NCBI GenBank assembly: GCA_045046875.1
Contig: JASFYY010000067.1
Location: forward strand, 1-55,181
Length of the DNA: 55,181 bases
Direction: 5' to 3'
DNA from: Verrucomicrobiota bacterium
Lineage (GTDB): Bacteria; Verrucomicrobiota; Verrucomicrobiia; Verrucomicrobiales; DEV007
The position numbers and the translations under genes are program-made. The notes under the pieces are model-generated. The model searched no databases and was not told the DNA's origin. It was given only the letters and a program-made list of their open reading frames with translations. The first letter of the stretch is position 1; each line of letters begins with the position of its first letter. Positions 36,875-46,490 of the stretch are shown here, in pieces.

Positions 36875-38537
36875 CTTTTTTTTCTTCAGGCTTGGGTTGG
36901 GCGGGGGGATCAGTTTTGGATTTGGGGGTGGCAGGCGTGTTAGTAGGTTTTTTTTGAGTCTTTGGCGGAGCCGGTGTTTGGGTGGTGGGGGCTGGAGCGT
37001 CTTTTTTGGTGGATTTTGGATCAGATTTTTTAGCGTCAGCGGGAGGATTTTTTTTCTTAGTATCCTCAGCTACCTTTGTTTCACTTTTGCGTTTGGCATA
37101 GACCAAGGCGCCCTTCATCGCATCAACGGCACGATCTAGTTGGCGGTCATGGAAATTTTCAGCTTTTTTGCGCTCGGCTGGAGAAAGCGTATCTCGTTGC
37201 CACCAACGCATCAACTGTTGTTCCTCATTAGAGGTGAGTGTCGAGACGATGTTGGGGAATACTCCGTTTTCATGAATGGTGCGGCGGCTCGGGGTGTAGT
37301 ATTTGGCTGTGGTCAGGCGCACCGCGGTGCCATTGTCCACTGGCATGATGGACTGCACCGAGCCTTTGCCAAAACTGGTTTCTCCGACGATGATGGCACG
37401 GTTCAAGTCTTGTAAAGCTCCGGCGACCACTTCGGATCCGCTGGCGCTTGAATGATTGACCAATATAGCAACGGGGTAGGTGCGTTGGCGGCGTTTGCTG
37501 CCTGGCGTGCGGTAGGGTTTGATGATGCCTAATCCTTCGCGGCCTTCGGTGGTAAGCACCAAAGTACCAGGGGCAACAAATTCGCCACTGACAGAGATGG
37601 CACTGTGCAACAGTCCGCCAGGGTTGTTGCGCAGGTCGAGAATGAAGGCTTCCATGCCCTGGTTTTCCAGTTTGTCGAGCGCGGTAGAAAATTCTTCAGC
37701 GGTGGGTTCACTGAATTGCAGGATGCGGGCGTATCCAATTTTATGTTTTCCTGTTAGTGTTTTGGCAAGAATGCGAACGTCCTTGACCGTTTTTTGTTTG
37801 ATGATTTCACGAACCATTTCGACTTCAAAAACCTTCTTGGTACTGGGGCGACGCAGCGTGAGTTTGAGGCTCTCTCCTGGTTTACCTTTGAGCAGAGCCA
37901 CCGCTTCCGACAAGCCGACGTCTTTGATCAGAAAGGAATTGATTTTGATGATCTGATCTCCGGGAAGCACATTGGCTCGAGCCGCCGGGCCGTCTTCACG
38001 AACGGTGACGATGGACAGTACTTCATTGCGAAAAGAAATAGTGATGCCGACCCCTTCGTAGGTGCTGCCGGTGTTTTTTTTGAGCTGCTCAAATACTTTG
38101 GCGTGCATGAACTGGCTGTGTGGATCCAGGTCGGCCAGCATGCCTTCGAGCGCACTGCTGATCAGTTTTTTATAAGTGGTTTTATCGGGGTCGACATAAG
38201 ATTGTCTTACCAATTCCAGCACCCGGGTGAACAACTGGATCTGTTCAAAAGCATCGTCTTCGTCGGGAAGAGTTTTTTTAACTGTTTTTGCAGTTTTGGT
38301 TTTGGCGGGAATAGCCTTGTCCGTTTTTGCCGGCGCATCAGCTGCCGGAGCAAGTTTTTTGGCTGGGCTGACCTTTTTGGGAGCGGGTTTTGCAGGAGCT
38401 TCTTTTGCCGGTGTTTTATCCGTAGCCGCCTGACTGAATCCCGGCGAGGGGTAGGTGAGTATGACCAGACCGAGGGTCAGGGCAAAAAAAATCGCCATTT
38501 TTGTCATCCAAGAGCTGCAGGCATTCGACCGTTTCAT
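36855..38537 (-). CDS. ctpA: S41 carboxyl-terminal processing protease (PDZ domain)
   Basis: LDPHS, GVGI PDZ, DLRNNPGGLL, SASGSE, SFGKGSVQ; low-complexity Lys/Pro/Ala tails. Confidence 0.92.
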   Translation of the reverse strand: MKRSNACSSWMTKMAIFFALTLGLVILTYPSPGFSQAATDKTPAKEAPAKPAPKKVSPAKKLAPAADAPAKTDKAIPAKTKTAKTVKKTLPDEDDAFEQIQLFTRVLELVRQSYVDPDKTTYKKLISSALEGMLADLDPHSQFMHAKVFEQLKKNTGSTYEGVGITISFRNEVLSIVTVREDGPAARANVLPGDQIIKINSFLIKDVGLSEAVALLKGKPGESLKLTLRRPSTKKVFEVEMVREIIKQKTVKDVRILAKTLTGKHKIGYARILQFSEPTAEEFSTALDKLENQGMEAFILDLRNNPGGLLHSAISVSGEFVAPGTLVLTTEGREGLGIIKPYRTPGSKRRQRTYPVAILVNHSSASGSEVVAGALQDLNRAIIVGETSFGKGSVQSIMPVDNGTAVRLTTAKYYTPSRRTIHENGVFPNIVSTLTSNEEQQLMRWWQRDTLSPAERKKAENFHDRQLDRAVDAMKGALVYAKRKSETKVAEDTKKKNPPADAKKSDPKSTKKDAPAPTTQTPAPPKTQKKPTNTPATPKSKTDPPAQPKPEEKKGDKTSQ

Positions 38538-38603
38538 GGGAAACTAATCGGTCAGGCTGCGCCAAATTACAAGGCTTGGCCTCGATGAATTTCAAATCAC
38601 TTA

Positions 38604-39017
38604 TCAAGCGAAGCTGATGAGCCCCTGCCAGATCAGAATCACGTAGATCACTTTGGTGCCAATGTGCAGCCATTGATCAAATTCAAAACCGGTTCCTCCC
38701 TCACACTTCACGTAGTCGATCAGCCAGTGAACGATGAATTCGATGAAGGCCAGCAGCGGGCTGGTGGTAACAACCCACACGGCACCAGCCTGGATCAGAC
38801 AGTGAACACTGAGGCAGTATATCCACAAGCGCGGGGTGACAGGGTATTTGCCGCCTGCCGGAGGTTGAAACCTGCGGTTTTTGGTGATCGAGAGAAATTC
38901 GCCTTGCAGCGGGAAGTCAGCCAGCGCATGGCCGATCATAAGGGCAAAAAATACCACCGCTGCGGATAGCGGTGGCCAGGATTCTGCGCCGGTTTGCGGC
39001 AACCATTCAGACAACAT
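38604..39017 (-). CDS. DUF3307 family membrane protein
   Basis: GHALADFPLQ, HWLIDYVK, DQWLH. Confidence 0.85.
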   Translation of the reverse strand: MLSEWLPQTGAESWPPLSAAVVFFALMIGHALADFPLQGEFLSITKNRRFQPPAGGKYPVTPRLWIYCLSVHCLIQAGAVWVVTTSPLLAFIEFIVHWLIDYVKCEGGTGFEFDQWLHIGTKVIYVILIWQGLISFA

Positions 39018-39193
39018 AAGGCAAAAAAAGGGCTAAGGGGTTTTGAGGAATATCGGTAGGGGATATGTGCGGATGTATCTGGGGAATATTCCATCTTTGT
39101 GCGCAAGCGTCAAGTTCGTGACTGATGCCTGTGTCAGAGAGGGATTTGGTGGAGAGTCCTGGTTTAATTCTTTTTGCCTATGGCTCTATTAAA

Positions 39194-39565
39194 TTAAGGG
39201 TGTTCAGGTTTACGTTTGTGGATGCCTACAGAATTACCGTCAGGATCACGAACAAATGCCATGTGACACACCGGGGTCTCTATCGGGCCAAAGTTGAATT
39301 CCACCTTGGCGGCTTGCAGTTCGGCAATCGCTGCGTCAAATTCCTCGACTTCCAGGGATACGCTGCAGCCATCCCTGCTGGGATTCATTCCAGGCGCAAG
39401 ACCAATGGCGAGAGTCCCGCTACCGATATCATATTCCACCCAATGGAGGTTTTCCGCTTGGTGGTCCATCGTTGCGGTTAGTCCCAGCACACCTTCGTAA
39501 AATGAACGTGCCCGGGCCATATCTGTTACTGGGTAGCAGGAGAATGCTATTTCGCTTATTTTCAT
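39194..39565 (-). CDS. VOC/glyoxalase family protein
   Basis: V.DMARARSFYEGVLGL...RDPDGN. Confidence 0.9.
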   Translation of the reverse strand: MKISEIAFSCYPVTDMARARSFYEGVLGLTATMDHQAENLHWVEYDIGSGTLAIGLAPGMNPSRDGCSVSLEVEEFDAAIAELQAAKVEFNFGPIETPVCHMAFVRDPDGNSVGIHKRKPEHP

Positions 39566-39708
39566 AGAATGATGTTTTGTTGTTTTCCTGAGTATAAGTT
39601 TTAACACTCAGGCGCAAAATTCGCAATGCTGATTATTAGGGAGCCAGTTAAAGTGAATGCGCTCTATTATGCTTGCGTATCACAGCGAGTAGAAGAGATT
39701 GTTAAGTG

Positions 39709-41142
39709 ATGAAAATCCTCCCCTACCTATTGTTACTGCTTCTATGCACATCCACGGGTGTTCGAGCTCAATCAGGCCTTCGTGCAGGGACTGCTGCGGT
39801 TGATATTTCGCCGACTGTTTTTCCGATGCAACTGCGCTCGGGGAAATCCAAATATGTGCATGACCCGTTGCATGTGCGCGCGCTTGCTTTTGAAAATGGC
39901 GAAGGGCGGGTGGTTATTGCCTTGATAGATGCTATTGGAGTCGGCCGCGAGATGGCGGATGAAGCTAAGTTGATAGCAGCAAAGAAGACCGGGTGGAAGC
40001 CAGAGCAAATGTTGGTCAGCGCAACTCATACCCACACCGCACCCAAAGGGGGCGACACTTCCGCGGGGCGGATCGCGTATGAAAAAACTCGCCGCAAGGG
40101 ATTGGCTCAGGCGCTTATACAAGCCATTGAATCGCTTGAGCCGGCAAAGGTGGGATTTGCTTCGGATGAAGAAGCTAGCGAGGTTTACAATCGGCGATGG
40201 TATTTGAAGCCGGGCACCATGGATAAAAATCCCTTGGGAGGTTATGACCAGGTACGCACCAATGCAGGAGGTGACAGATTGCTGAAGCCTGCGGGTCCGA
40301 CGGATCCAGAGGTGTGTGTGGTGGACGTCCGGACTCGTCGCGGGCGTGCGCTCGGACTGATCGCAAATTACTCGCTTCATTATGTGGGTGGTATTCCGAG
40401 GGTAACTGAAGAGAATGGAAGAGTGGTAGGCATGGCCTCAGCTGATTATTATGGGGAGTTCGCCAGGATCATGCCGTTTCGAGTAGGAGGGTCGAAGCCG
40501 CCGGGGAATTTTGTGGCGATGATGACCAATGGGACCAGCGGCGACATCAACAATATTGATTTTTACAGAAAACGCTCACCGCGTGCTCCTTTCGAACAGA
40601 TTCAGGTTGTCGCTAACAAAACAGCGGATGCGGCCTGGCGCGCAGTCAAAAAAATAGAGAATTATGAGCAAAATCCGAAGGTGGCTATTCTTCAGCGCGA
40701 GGTGGTTTTGAAATACCGGACGCCTTCCAAAGAGCAGGTGGCCAAAGCGATTGAGTTGATGAAGCTGACACGTAAAGAGCGTGATGCGATCAACAAACGC
40801 ACCGGTTCGGTAGCGAGCAATACGATTTCTTACGCCAGCCCGGACAAGGAAAGAAATGAAAGTGTGATCATCCAGGCGGTTCGTATAGGGGATCAGGCCA
40901 TCGTCACCATGCCTTTTGAGGTGTTGGTTGAAATCGGGCTTGAGCTAAAAGAGAAGAGCCCGTTTCCTCATACTTTCACCATTGAATTGGCTAATGGGGG
41001 TTATGGTTATCTGCCTCCACCGAATCAGCATAAACTAGGTGGCTACGAAACCTGGCTGGGCACTTCGCGTTTTGAAAAAAACAGTTCGGTTATTCTGGTG
41101 AAGAACCTCTTGGAAATGCTGGCAGAGTTAAAGGCATTGTGA
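39709..41142 (+). CDS. Neutral/alkaline ceramidase-like exported amidohydrolase
   Basis: AGTAAVDISP, HDPL.VRAL, SATHTHTAP, NYSLHY, ELANG..GYLP...GGYE. Confidence 0.8.
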   Translation: MKILPYLLLLLLCTSTGVRAQSGLRAGTAAVDISPTVFPMQLRSGKSKYVHDPLHVRALAFENGEGRVVIALIDAIGVGREMADEAKLIAAKKTGWKPEQMLVSATHTHTAPKGGDTSAGRIAYEKTRRKGLAQALIQAIESLEPAKVGFASDEEASEVYNRRWYLKPGTMDKNPLGGYDQVRTNAGGDRLLKPAGPTDPEVCVVDVRTRRGRALGLIANYSLHYVGGIPRVTEENGRVVGMASADYYGEFARIMPFRVGGSKPPGNFVAMMTNGTSGDINNIDFYRKRSPRAPFEQIQVVANKTADAAWRAVKKIENYEQNPKVAILQREVVLKYRTPSKEQVAKAIELMKLTRKERDAINKRTGSVASNTISYASPDKERNESVIIQAVRIGDQAIVTMPFEVLVEIGLELKEKSPFPHTFTIELANGGYGYLPPPNQHKLGGYETWLGTSRFEKNSSVILVKNLLEMLAELKAL

Positions 41143-41247
41143 ATGGCCATCAGCGAGATCCGATGATAGGACACATTCACATATTCTAGTTGATGAGGTA
41201 TGTGACTGCATTTGAGCTCTAGAATAGATTTCAAATTCAAAGAAATG

Positions 41248-41369
41248 AACCGCGGATGCCACGGATTAACGTGGATAAGAGAAATGATTTTCCTGCTGAA
41301 TTAAACTTTAACGTCAAGCCGACTATCCTTCCTTATTTATTATCCTGTAGATCCGTGGAATCCGTGGTA
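41248..41369. repeat. Inverted pair of CACGGAT-type repeats enclosing a 65-bp non-coding spacer
   Basis: AACCGCGGATGCCACGGATTAACGTGGAT ... ATCCTGTAGATCCGTGGAATCCGTGGTA. Confidence 0.78.
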
Positions 41370-41524
41370 AAAAATAATTGAGAGAGGAAAAGCGATCTGC
41401 AAAAAAAATACCCTCACTGAGAGATGGGGGACTTTCTCCTTTCCTAGCACAAAAAAGCCTGCTTGGCAGCCTCTGCTTCTTGCATTCCGCAGCAATTTTG
41501 CCGCGGAGCCTTAAAGCTTGCAGC

Positions 41525-42658
41525 TTAGCGCTCGCTCATCGCGGGGATCGGTTGATCCTCGGTTGGTCCGGTATAAAGCGTCAGGGGGCGATACAGACGG
41601 CTGTCGTCCAATTGCTCCAACACTTGGGCTGTCCAACCTGCGGCGCGGGAAATCGCGAAGATCGGGGTGAATAAATCAGTCGGGATACCCAGAGAGTAAT
41701 AAACCGTGGCGGAATAAAAATCGACGTTGGCTTCGAGGCCTTTTTCGTTGCGCATGATCTCGGCGATGCGTTCGGACATGACCAGCCATTTGCTCTCGCC
41801 GAGTTCTTCGGTGAGCTTGGCAGCCATTTTGCGCAGATGCGGCGCGCGCGGGTCGAGCACTTTGTAGATGCGGTGACCGATGCCCATGATTTTTTCTTTT
41901 TTGTCGAGTTTGTCCTGCACCCAGGCATCGACTTTGTCCGGTTCGCCGATTTCTTGCAGCATGGTGATCACCCCCTCGTTGGCTCCCCCGTGCAGCGGTC
42001 CTTTGAGGGTGCCGATGGCGGAGGTGATAGCGGAGTAAATGTCGCTCAGTGTGGCGATGGTCACCCGAGCGGAAAAAGTCGAGGCGTTCATGCCGTGGTC
42101 GGCGTGAATGATGTAAGCCACGTCGAGCGTCTTGGTGGCTTCGACGCCGGGCTCTTCACCGGTGATGAGGTAGAGAAAGTGTCCGGCTTCGGACAAGTCC
42201 ATACGCACTTCAGGAAGGTCAAGCCCTTGGCGAGCGCGGTGAAAATATGCGACGATCAGCGGGATCTTGGCGATGATGGCCAGCGAGCGCTCTTCGTTGA
42301 GCGGGCGATCCTGATTATTGCCGCGAGTGTCGTAGAGACCGAGCATGCTGACACCGGTTCGCACCACGTCCATCGGGCCGGCGTCTTTAGGCGCGGCTTT
42401 GATGAAATCGATCACGCCCTGTGGCAACGAGCGCAGATCACGCAAAGTTTTTGTCAGATCAGCCAGTTCGCTTTCATTGGGTAATTTGCCCCGATGAAGC
42501 AAGTGCACCACTTCTTCGAAAGTGGTTTGCTCAACCAGATCGTTGATGTTGTATCCCAGATAACGCAGGATGCCCGCTTGCCCTTGAACGTCACTGAGTT
42601 TTGATTCGTTGGCGATGACTCCGGCGAGCCCCTTGGCGTATTCTACTGTATCTGACAT
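41525..42658 (-). CDS. gltA: Citrate synthase (short, type I/2-methylcitrate-like)
   Basis: HADHGMNASTF, GPLHGGANE, MGIGHRIYK..DPRA, NVDFYS. Confidence 0.92.
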   Translation of the reverse strand: MSDTVEYAKGLAGVIANESKLSDVQGQAGILRYLGYNINDLVEQTTFEEVVHLLHRGKLPNESELADLTKTLRDLRSLPQGVIDFIKAAPKDAGPMDVVRTGVSMLGLYDTRGNNQDRPLNEERSLAIIAKIPLIVAYFHRARQGLDLPEVRMDLSEAGHFLYLITGEEPGVEATKTLDVAYIIHADHGMNASTFSARVTIATLSDIYSAITSAIGTLKGPLHGGANEGVITMLQEIGEPDKVDAWVQDKLDKKEKIMGIGHRIYKVLDPRAPHLRKMAAKLTEELGESKWLVMSERIAEIMRNEKGLEANVDFYSATVYYSLGIPTDLFTPIFAISRAAGWTAQVLEQLDDSRLYRPLTLYTGPTEDQPIPAMSER

Positions 42659-42704
42659 TTTGTTATGGGTAATCTATTAGAGGTCTTTTTTTTGCGAGGG
42701 GTCA

Positions 42705-43577
42705 TTAACCCAGCGCTTTGATCAGGGCTGCACCCATTTCAGATGGGGTCTCGGCCAAAGTGATGCCAGCGTCGAGCAGGGCTTCCTGTTTGGCTTCGGC
42801 GGTGCCTTTGCCGCCGGAAATAATCGCTCCTGCGTGTCCCATGCGTCGTCCTGGAGGCGCGGTCGCTCCGGCGATGAAAGCGGCAACGGGTTTGTCGCAG
42901 TTTTCCTTGATCCAAGCGGCGGCTTCTTCCTCTTCGCTTCCGCCGATCTCTCCGATCAGGATGAAAGCGCGGGTATCGGGATCTTCAGTGAGAAGTTTAG
43001 CGGCGTCGAGGTGAGTCATGCCGTGGATAGGGTCTCCGCCGATGCCGATGCAAGTGCTTTGGCCGTATCCGGCTTCGGTCAGCTGCCACACGGCTTCGTA
43101 AGTGAGCGTGCCGGAGCGGGAAATCACGCCGATGTCGCCGGGATTGTGAATGTAACCGGGCATGATGCCGATTTTGCACTGTCCGGGAGTGATGATGCCG
43201 GGGCAGTTGGGACCGATCAAAATGCTGTCACTGTGAGTGAGTTTGGTTTTCACCCGCATCATGTCGGCAACAGGGATGCCTTCGGTGATGGCGACCACCA
43301 GCTCGATGCCGGCGTCGATGGCTTCCATGATCGAATCCGCAGCGAAGGCTGGCGGCACGAAGATCATGGTGGCGTTGCAGTCGGTTGCTTCGCGGGCTTC
43401 CACCACGGTGTCGAAGACCGGAACCTTGTCGTCAAAATTTTGTCCTCCTCTGCCTGGGGTGACTCCGGCAACCACATTGGTGCCGTATTCGAGGCAACCA
43501 CGGGTGTGGGTTGCGCCAGAATTTCCTGTGATCCCCTGAACCAGGAGCCTTGTATCGTTGTTTACCAGAACCGACAT
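42705..43577 (-). CDS. sucD: Succinate--CoA ligase subunit alpha
   Basis: [29 protein letters not shown]. Confidence 0.97.
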   Translation of the reverse strand: MSVLVNNDTRLLVQGITGNSGATHTRGCLEYGTNVVAGVTPGRGGQNFDDKVPVFDTVVEAREATDCNATMIFVPPAFAADSIMEAIDAGIELVVAITEGIPVADMMRVKTKLTHSDSILIGPNCPGIITPGQCKIGIMPGYIHNPGDIGVISRSGTLTYEAVWQLTEAGYGQSTCIGIGGDPIHGMTHLDAAKLLTEDPDTRAFILIGEIGGSEEEEAAAWIKENCDKPVAAFIAGATAPPGRRMGHAGAIISGGKGTAEAKQEALLDAGITLAETPSEMGAALIKALG

Positions 43578-43598
43578 GATGTAATAAAATAAATAGAA

Positions 43599-44789
43599 TT
43601 AAGCTGATTTAGCGACAGATTCGACGGCTTTTTTCGCCGCGTCACCTAGATCACTTGCGGTGATGAGGTTGATGCCGGATTCTTCGAGCAGTTGGCGCCC
43701 TTTTTTGACATTGGTGCCTTCGAGACGAACGATCAGTGGCATGTTCATTTCGATCTCTTTGGCTGCGTTGATGATGCCTTGGGCGATCACGTCGCACTGC
43801 ATGATACCACCGAAAATATTGACCAGAATCGCTTCGACCTTGGGGTCACCGGCGAGGATGCGGAAAGCTTCGCGCACTTGTTCTTCGGTCGCGCCGCCAC
43901 CGACGTCGAGGAAGTTGGCGGGGTCGCCGCCGTAGTGTTTGATGATGTCCATGGTGGCCATGGCGAGACCGGCTCCGTTGACCATACAAGCGATGTTGCC
44001 ATCGAGGCCAATGTAGTTGAGGTCGAATTTCGAAGCGGCAACTTCGCGCGGGTCTTCCTCCTCCGGATCGCGCATAGCGGCGATTTCGGGGTGGCGGAAC
44101 AGGGCGTTGTCATCAAAACCAAACTTGGCGTCCAGCGCAAGAGCTTCACCGTCGGTGGTCAGCACCAGCGGATTGATCTCTACCATCGAGCAGTCAGTCG
44201 CCATGAACAGATTGTAAGCGGCGGTGAACAATTTTGCCGCAGGGCGCATTTGTTTGCTGTTGAAACCGATTTGCTTGGCGATTTTGCGAGCTTGGTAGTC
44301 TTGCAGACCGAGCGTTGGGTGAATCGGCTCGTGAAAGATTTTTTCAGGGGAGTTTTCCGCGACATCTTCGATGTCCACACCTCCTTCGCTGCTGCCGACG
44401 ATGACAACGCGTTCGGTTTCGCGATCCATCAGGATGGCGAAGTAAAATTCCTTGTCGATATCGACTGAAGCAGCCACCAGCACTTTGCGCACCAATTTGC
44501 CCTCTTCGCCGGATTGGTGGGTCACCAGGACTTCACCGAGCATCTTGCCTGCGATTTCACCGGCTTTTTCTGGTGAGTCACACAAGTGCACGCCTCCTTG
44601 GAATCCACTTTTGAAAGTTCCTTTGCCGCGCCCTCCGGCATGAATTTGAGCTTTGACAACCACCGTATCGGTGCCGAGTTCGCCGGCGATTTGCACGACT
44701 TGCTCCGCCGTTTCCGCAACGTGTCCGGCAGGAGTGGCGACTCCGTATTTATCAAAAAGTTCCTTGGCTTGGTATTCGTGAATATTCAT
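43599..44789 (-). CDS. sucC: Succinate--CoA ligase subunit beta
   Basis: [38 protein letters not shown]. Confidence 0.97.
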   Translation of the reverse strand: MNIHEYQAKELFDKYGVATPAGHVAETAEQVVQIAGELGTDTVVVKAQIHAGGRGKGTFKSGFQGGVHLCDSPEKAGEIAGKMLGEVLVTHQSGEEGKLVRKVLVAASVDIDKEFYFAILMDRETERVVIVGSSEGGVDIEDVAENSPEKIFHEPIHPTLGLQDYQARKIAKQIGFNSKQMRPAAKLFTAAYNLFMATDCSMVEINPLVLTTDGEALALDAKFGFDDNALFRHPEIAAMRDPEEEDPREVAASKFDLNYIGLDGNIACMVNGAGLAMATMDIIKHYGGDPANFLDVGGGATEEQVREAFRILAGDPKVEAILVNIFGGIMQCDVIAQGIINAAKEIEMNMPLIVRLEGTNVKKGRQLLEESGINLITASDLGDAAKKAVESVAKSA

Positions 44790-44908
44790 GGGTGCTGCAG
44801 CGATGATCGCAAGCGGGCGCAACTTAGAGAGCCAGCGCTTTTCGTCAAGGATCGAATCTGCTCCTTTTTTGTGGTATTATTATAAAAATCGCCCTAGTTA
44901 GGGTCACT

Positions 44909-45760
44909 ATGGTTTTTGTATGGATTTTGACAGTGCTATTGGTGGTCGGCGTGTTTGGCTATGTCATGTTTTTGCTTTCCAGGGGCCCGCGGCGGCGTGC
45001 GAAGCGGGAGAAGATCGTGGAGCAGCCTTTTCCAGAGGAATGGCAGTCGATCGTCGAGCGGCGTTGTAAGTTTTATGAAAGGATGCCGCTGGATCTGCAG
45101 CAGACCCTGCAAAAACATGTGCAGGTATTTTTGGCCGAGAAAAAATTCGAGGCCTGTGGGGATTTGCGAGAGGTGACGGACGAGATGCGGGTGGTGATCG
45201 CGGCGCAGGCCTGTGTGTTGCTGATCGCCTTGCCTCAACACGACTATTTTGGGGAATTGCGGTCGATTTTAGTGTATCCCGGAGCTTTTCATCGTGGGCG
45301 CGAGCGTTTGTTTGCTCTGCCTGACGAAGATGCGGCAGAGGGTAGTCAGGTATTGCTCGGTGAATCGTGGAGCAGCGGTTCGGTGATCCTCGCTTGGAAG
45401 AACGCTTTGCGCGGGGCTTTGAATGAAGATGACGGGCAGAATGTGGTGATGCATGAATTTGCCCATCAGTTGGATCAGGTCGACGGCCGTGCTGATGGTG
45501 CGCCGATTCTCAGGCGGCGGGTGGATTATAAAGATTGGGCGCGGGTTTTGGGCAAAGATTATGAGAAGTTGGTGAAGTTGACCGAAGCGGGCAGGCGCGA
45601 CGTGATCGACGCTTATGGTGCGACGAACCCGGCGGAGTTTTTTGCGGTGGCGACCGAGACTTTTTTTGAGCGTCCACGACGTTTGAGAAAAAAACATCGT
45701 GAGCTGTATGATGAGCTTAAGGAATATTACGGTCTCGATCCGGCTGAGTGGACGGGGTAG
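44909..45760 (+). CDS. mtfA: Zinc-dependent peptidase M90 (MtfA family)
   Basis: VIAAQAC, ILVYP, HEFAHQLD, YGATNPAEFFAVATETFFE. Confidence 0.9.
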   Translation: MVFVWILTVLLVVGVFGYVMFLLSRGPRRRAKREKIVEQPFPEEWQSIVERRCKFYERMPLDLQQTLQKHVQVFLAEKKFEACGDLREVTDEMRVVIAAQACVLLIALPQHDYFGELRSILVYPGAFHRGRERLFALPDEDAAEGSQVLLGESWSSGSVILAWKNALRGALNEDDGQNVVMHEFAHQLDQVDGRADGAPILRRRVDYKDWARVLGKDYEKLVKLTEAGRRDVIDAYGATNPAEFFAVATETFFERPRRLRKKHRELYDELKEYYGLDPAEWTG

Positions 45761-45772
45761 GGGGAGAGGGTG

Positions 45773-46250
45773 AACCACGAATGGACACGAATAGACACGA
45801 AGGAATGATAAGAAGGGGAGGAAGACTTTAGTAGGGAGGGGGGAGATGAAGCGGCCGTAGGGCGGGTGCCCCCACCCGCCGAGAGGGGTGGAATACGGTG
45901 ACCGTGCGAAGGAATGAAATGAGGGAGGGAAACCACTGATTTGCACTGATGGAATACAGGAGAAGAGAAAAGGGAGAGAGTTTATATGGATAGGCAGGAT
46001 AGTTAAGCTGCTGACAGCTATGCGTTTCGCCCCTTGCAGGGCTGGAAGAGTTGGCTTTTTTATCCAGCGCTTCGCACTGGGCTGTCTCATTGAGCACCGT
46101 TGGTGCAAAAGAGAGGAAAGTGAACTAGTTCTGTAAGGACAAAATGTGATGCCCCGGTAGCGAAGTGCCGGGGTTAAATTGGTCATATTGCCAGCGCTGA
46201 GCTGCAGCGTAGCGGTACCGGAACGAAGTGGAGACCGCCGGAGGCAACGG
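45773..46250. repeat. Intergenic cluster of mixed repeat families
   Basis: AACCACGAATGGACACGAATAGACACGAA (45773), GTAGGGCGGGTGCCCCCACCCGCC (45857-45880), AACCACTGATTTGCACTGAT (45931), GCCCCTTGCAGGGC...CCAGCGCTTCGCACTGG...GCACCGTTGGTGC (46029-46106), CGAAGTGGAGACCGCCGGAGG (~46224). Confidence 0.7.
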
Positions 46251-46490
46251 GCGAAATGATGTTGATGGGTGATAAGGTAGCTTTGAATAAGCGAGGGCCA
46301 ACTTTTTTGTCCTGCTCCCGATAGGGGGGGCTTACGGGAGCTTCCTTCTTTCGCCAGGCAAGGGTATAAAGGATCTGCAACTTGTTGCGTTGAAGTTTTA
46401 TGGGTATGCGGAAGGCGTCAATCCGTGCCACGATGTGGGACGTAATGGAATTGAGTGGCGGGGGTGCGTTTCTAGAGATAGATGGACTGC

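Noticed and set aside
45269..46431. 305-aa and 82-aa minus-strand ORFs
   Set aside because: They are antisense to mtfA and made of repeat-derived sequence (e.g. LRVYSCPFVV from the CACGAAT repeat).
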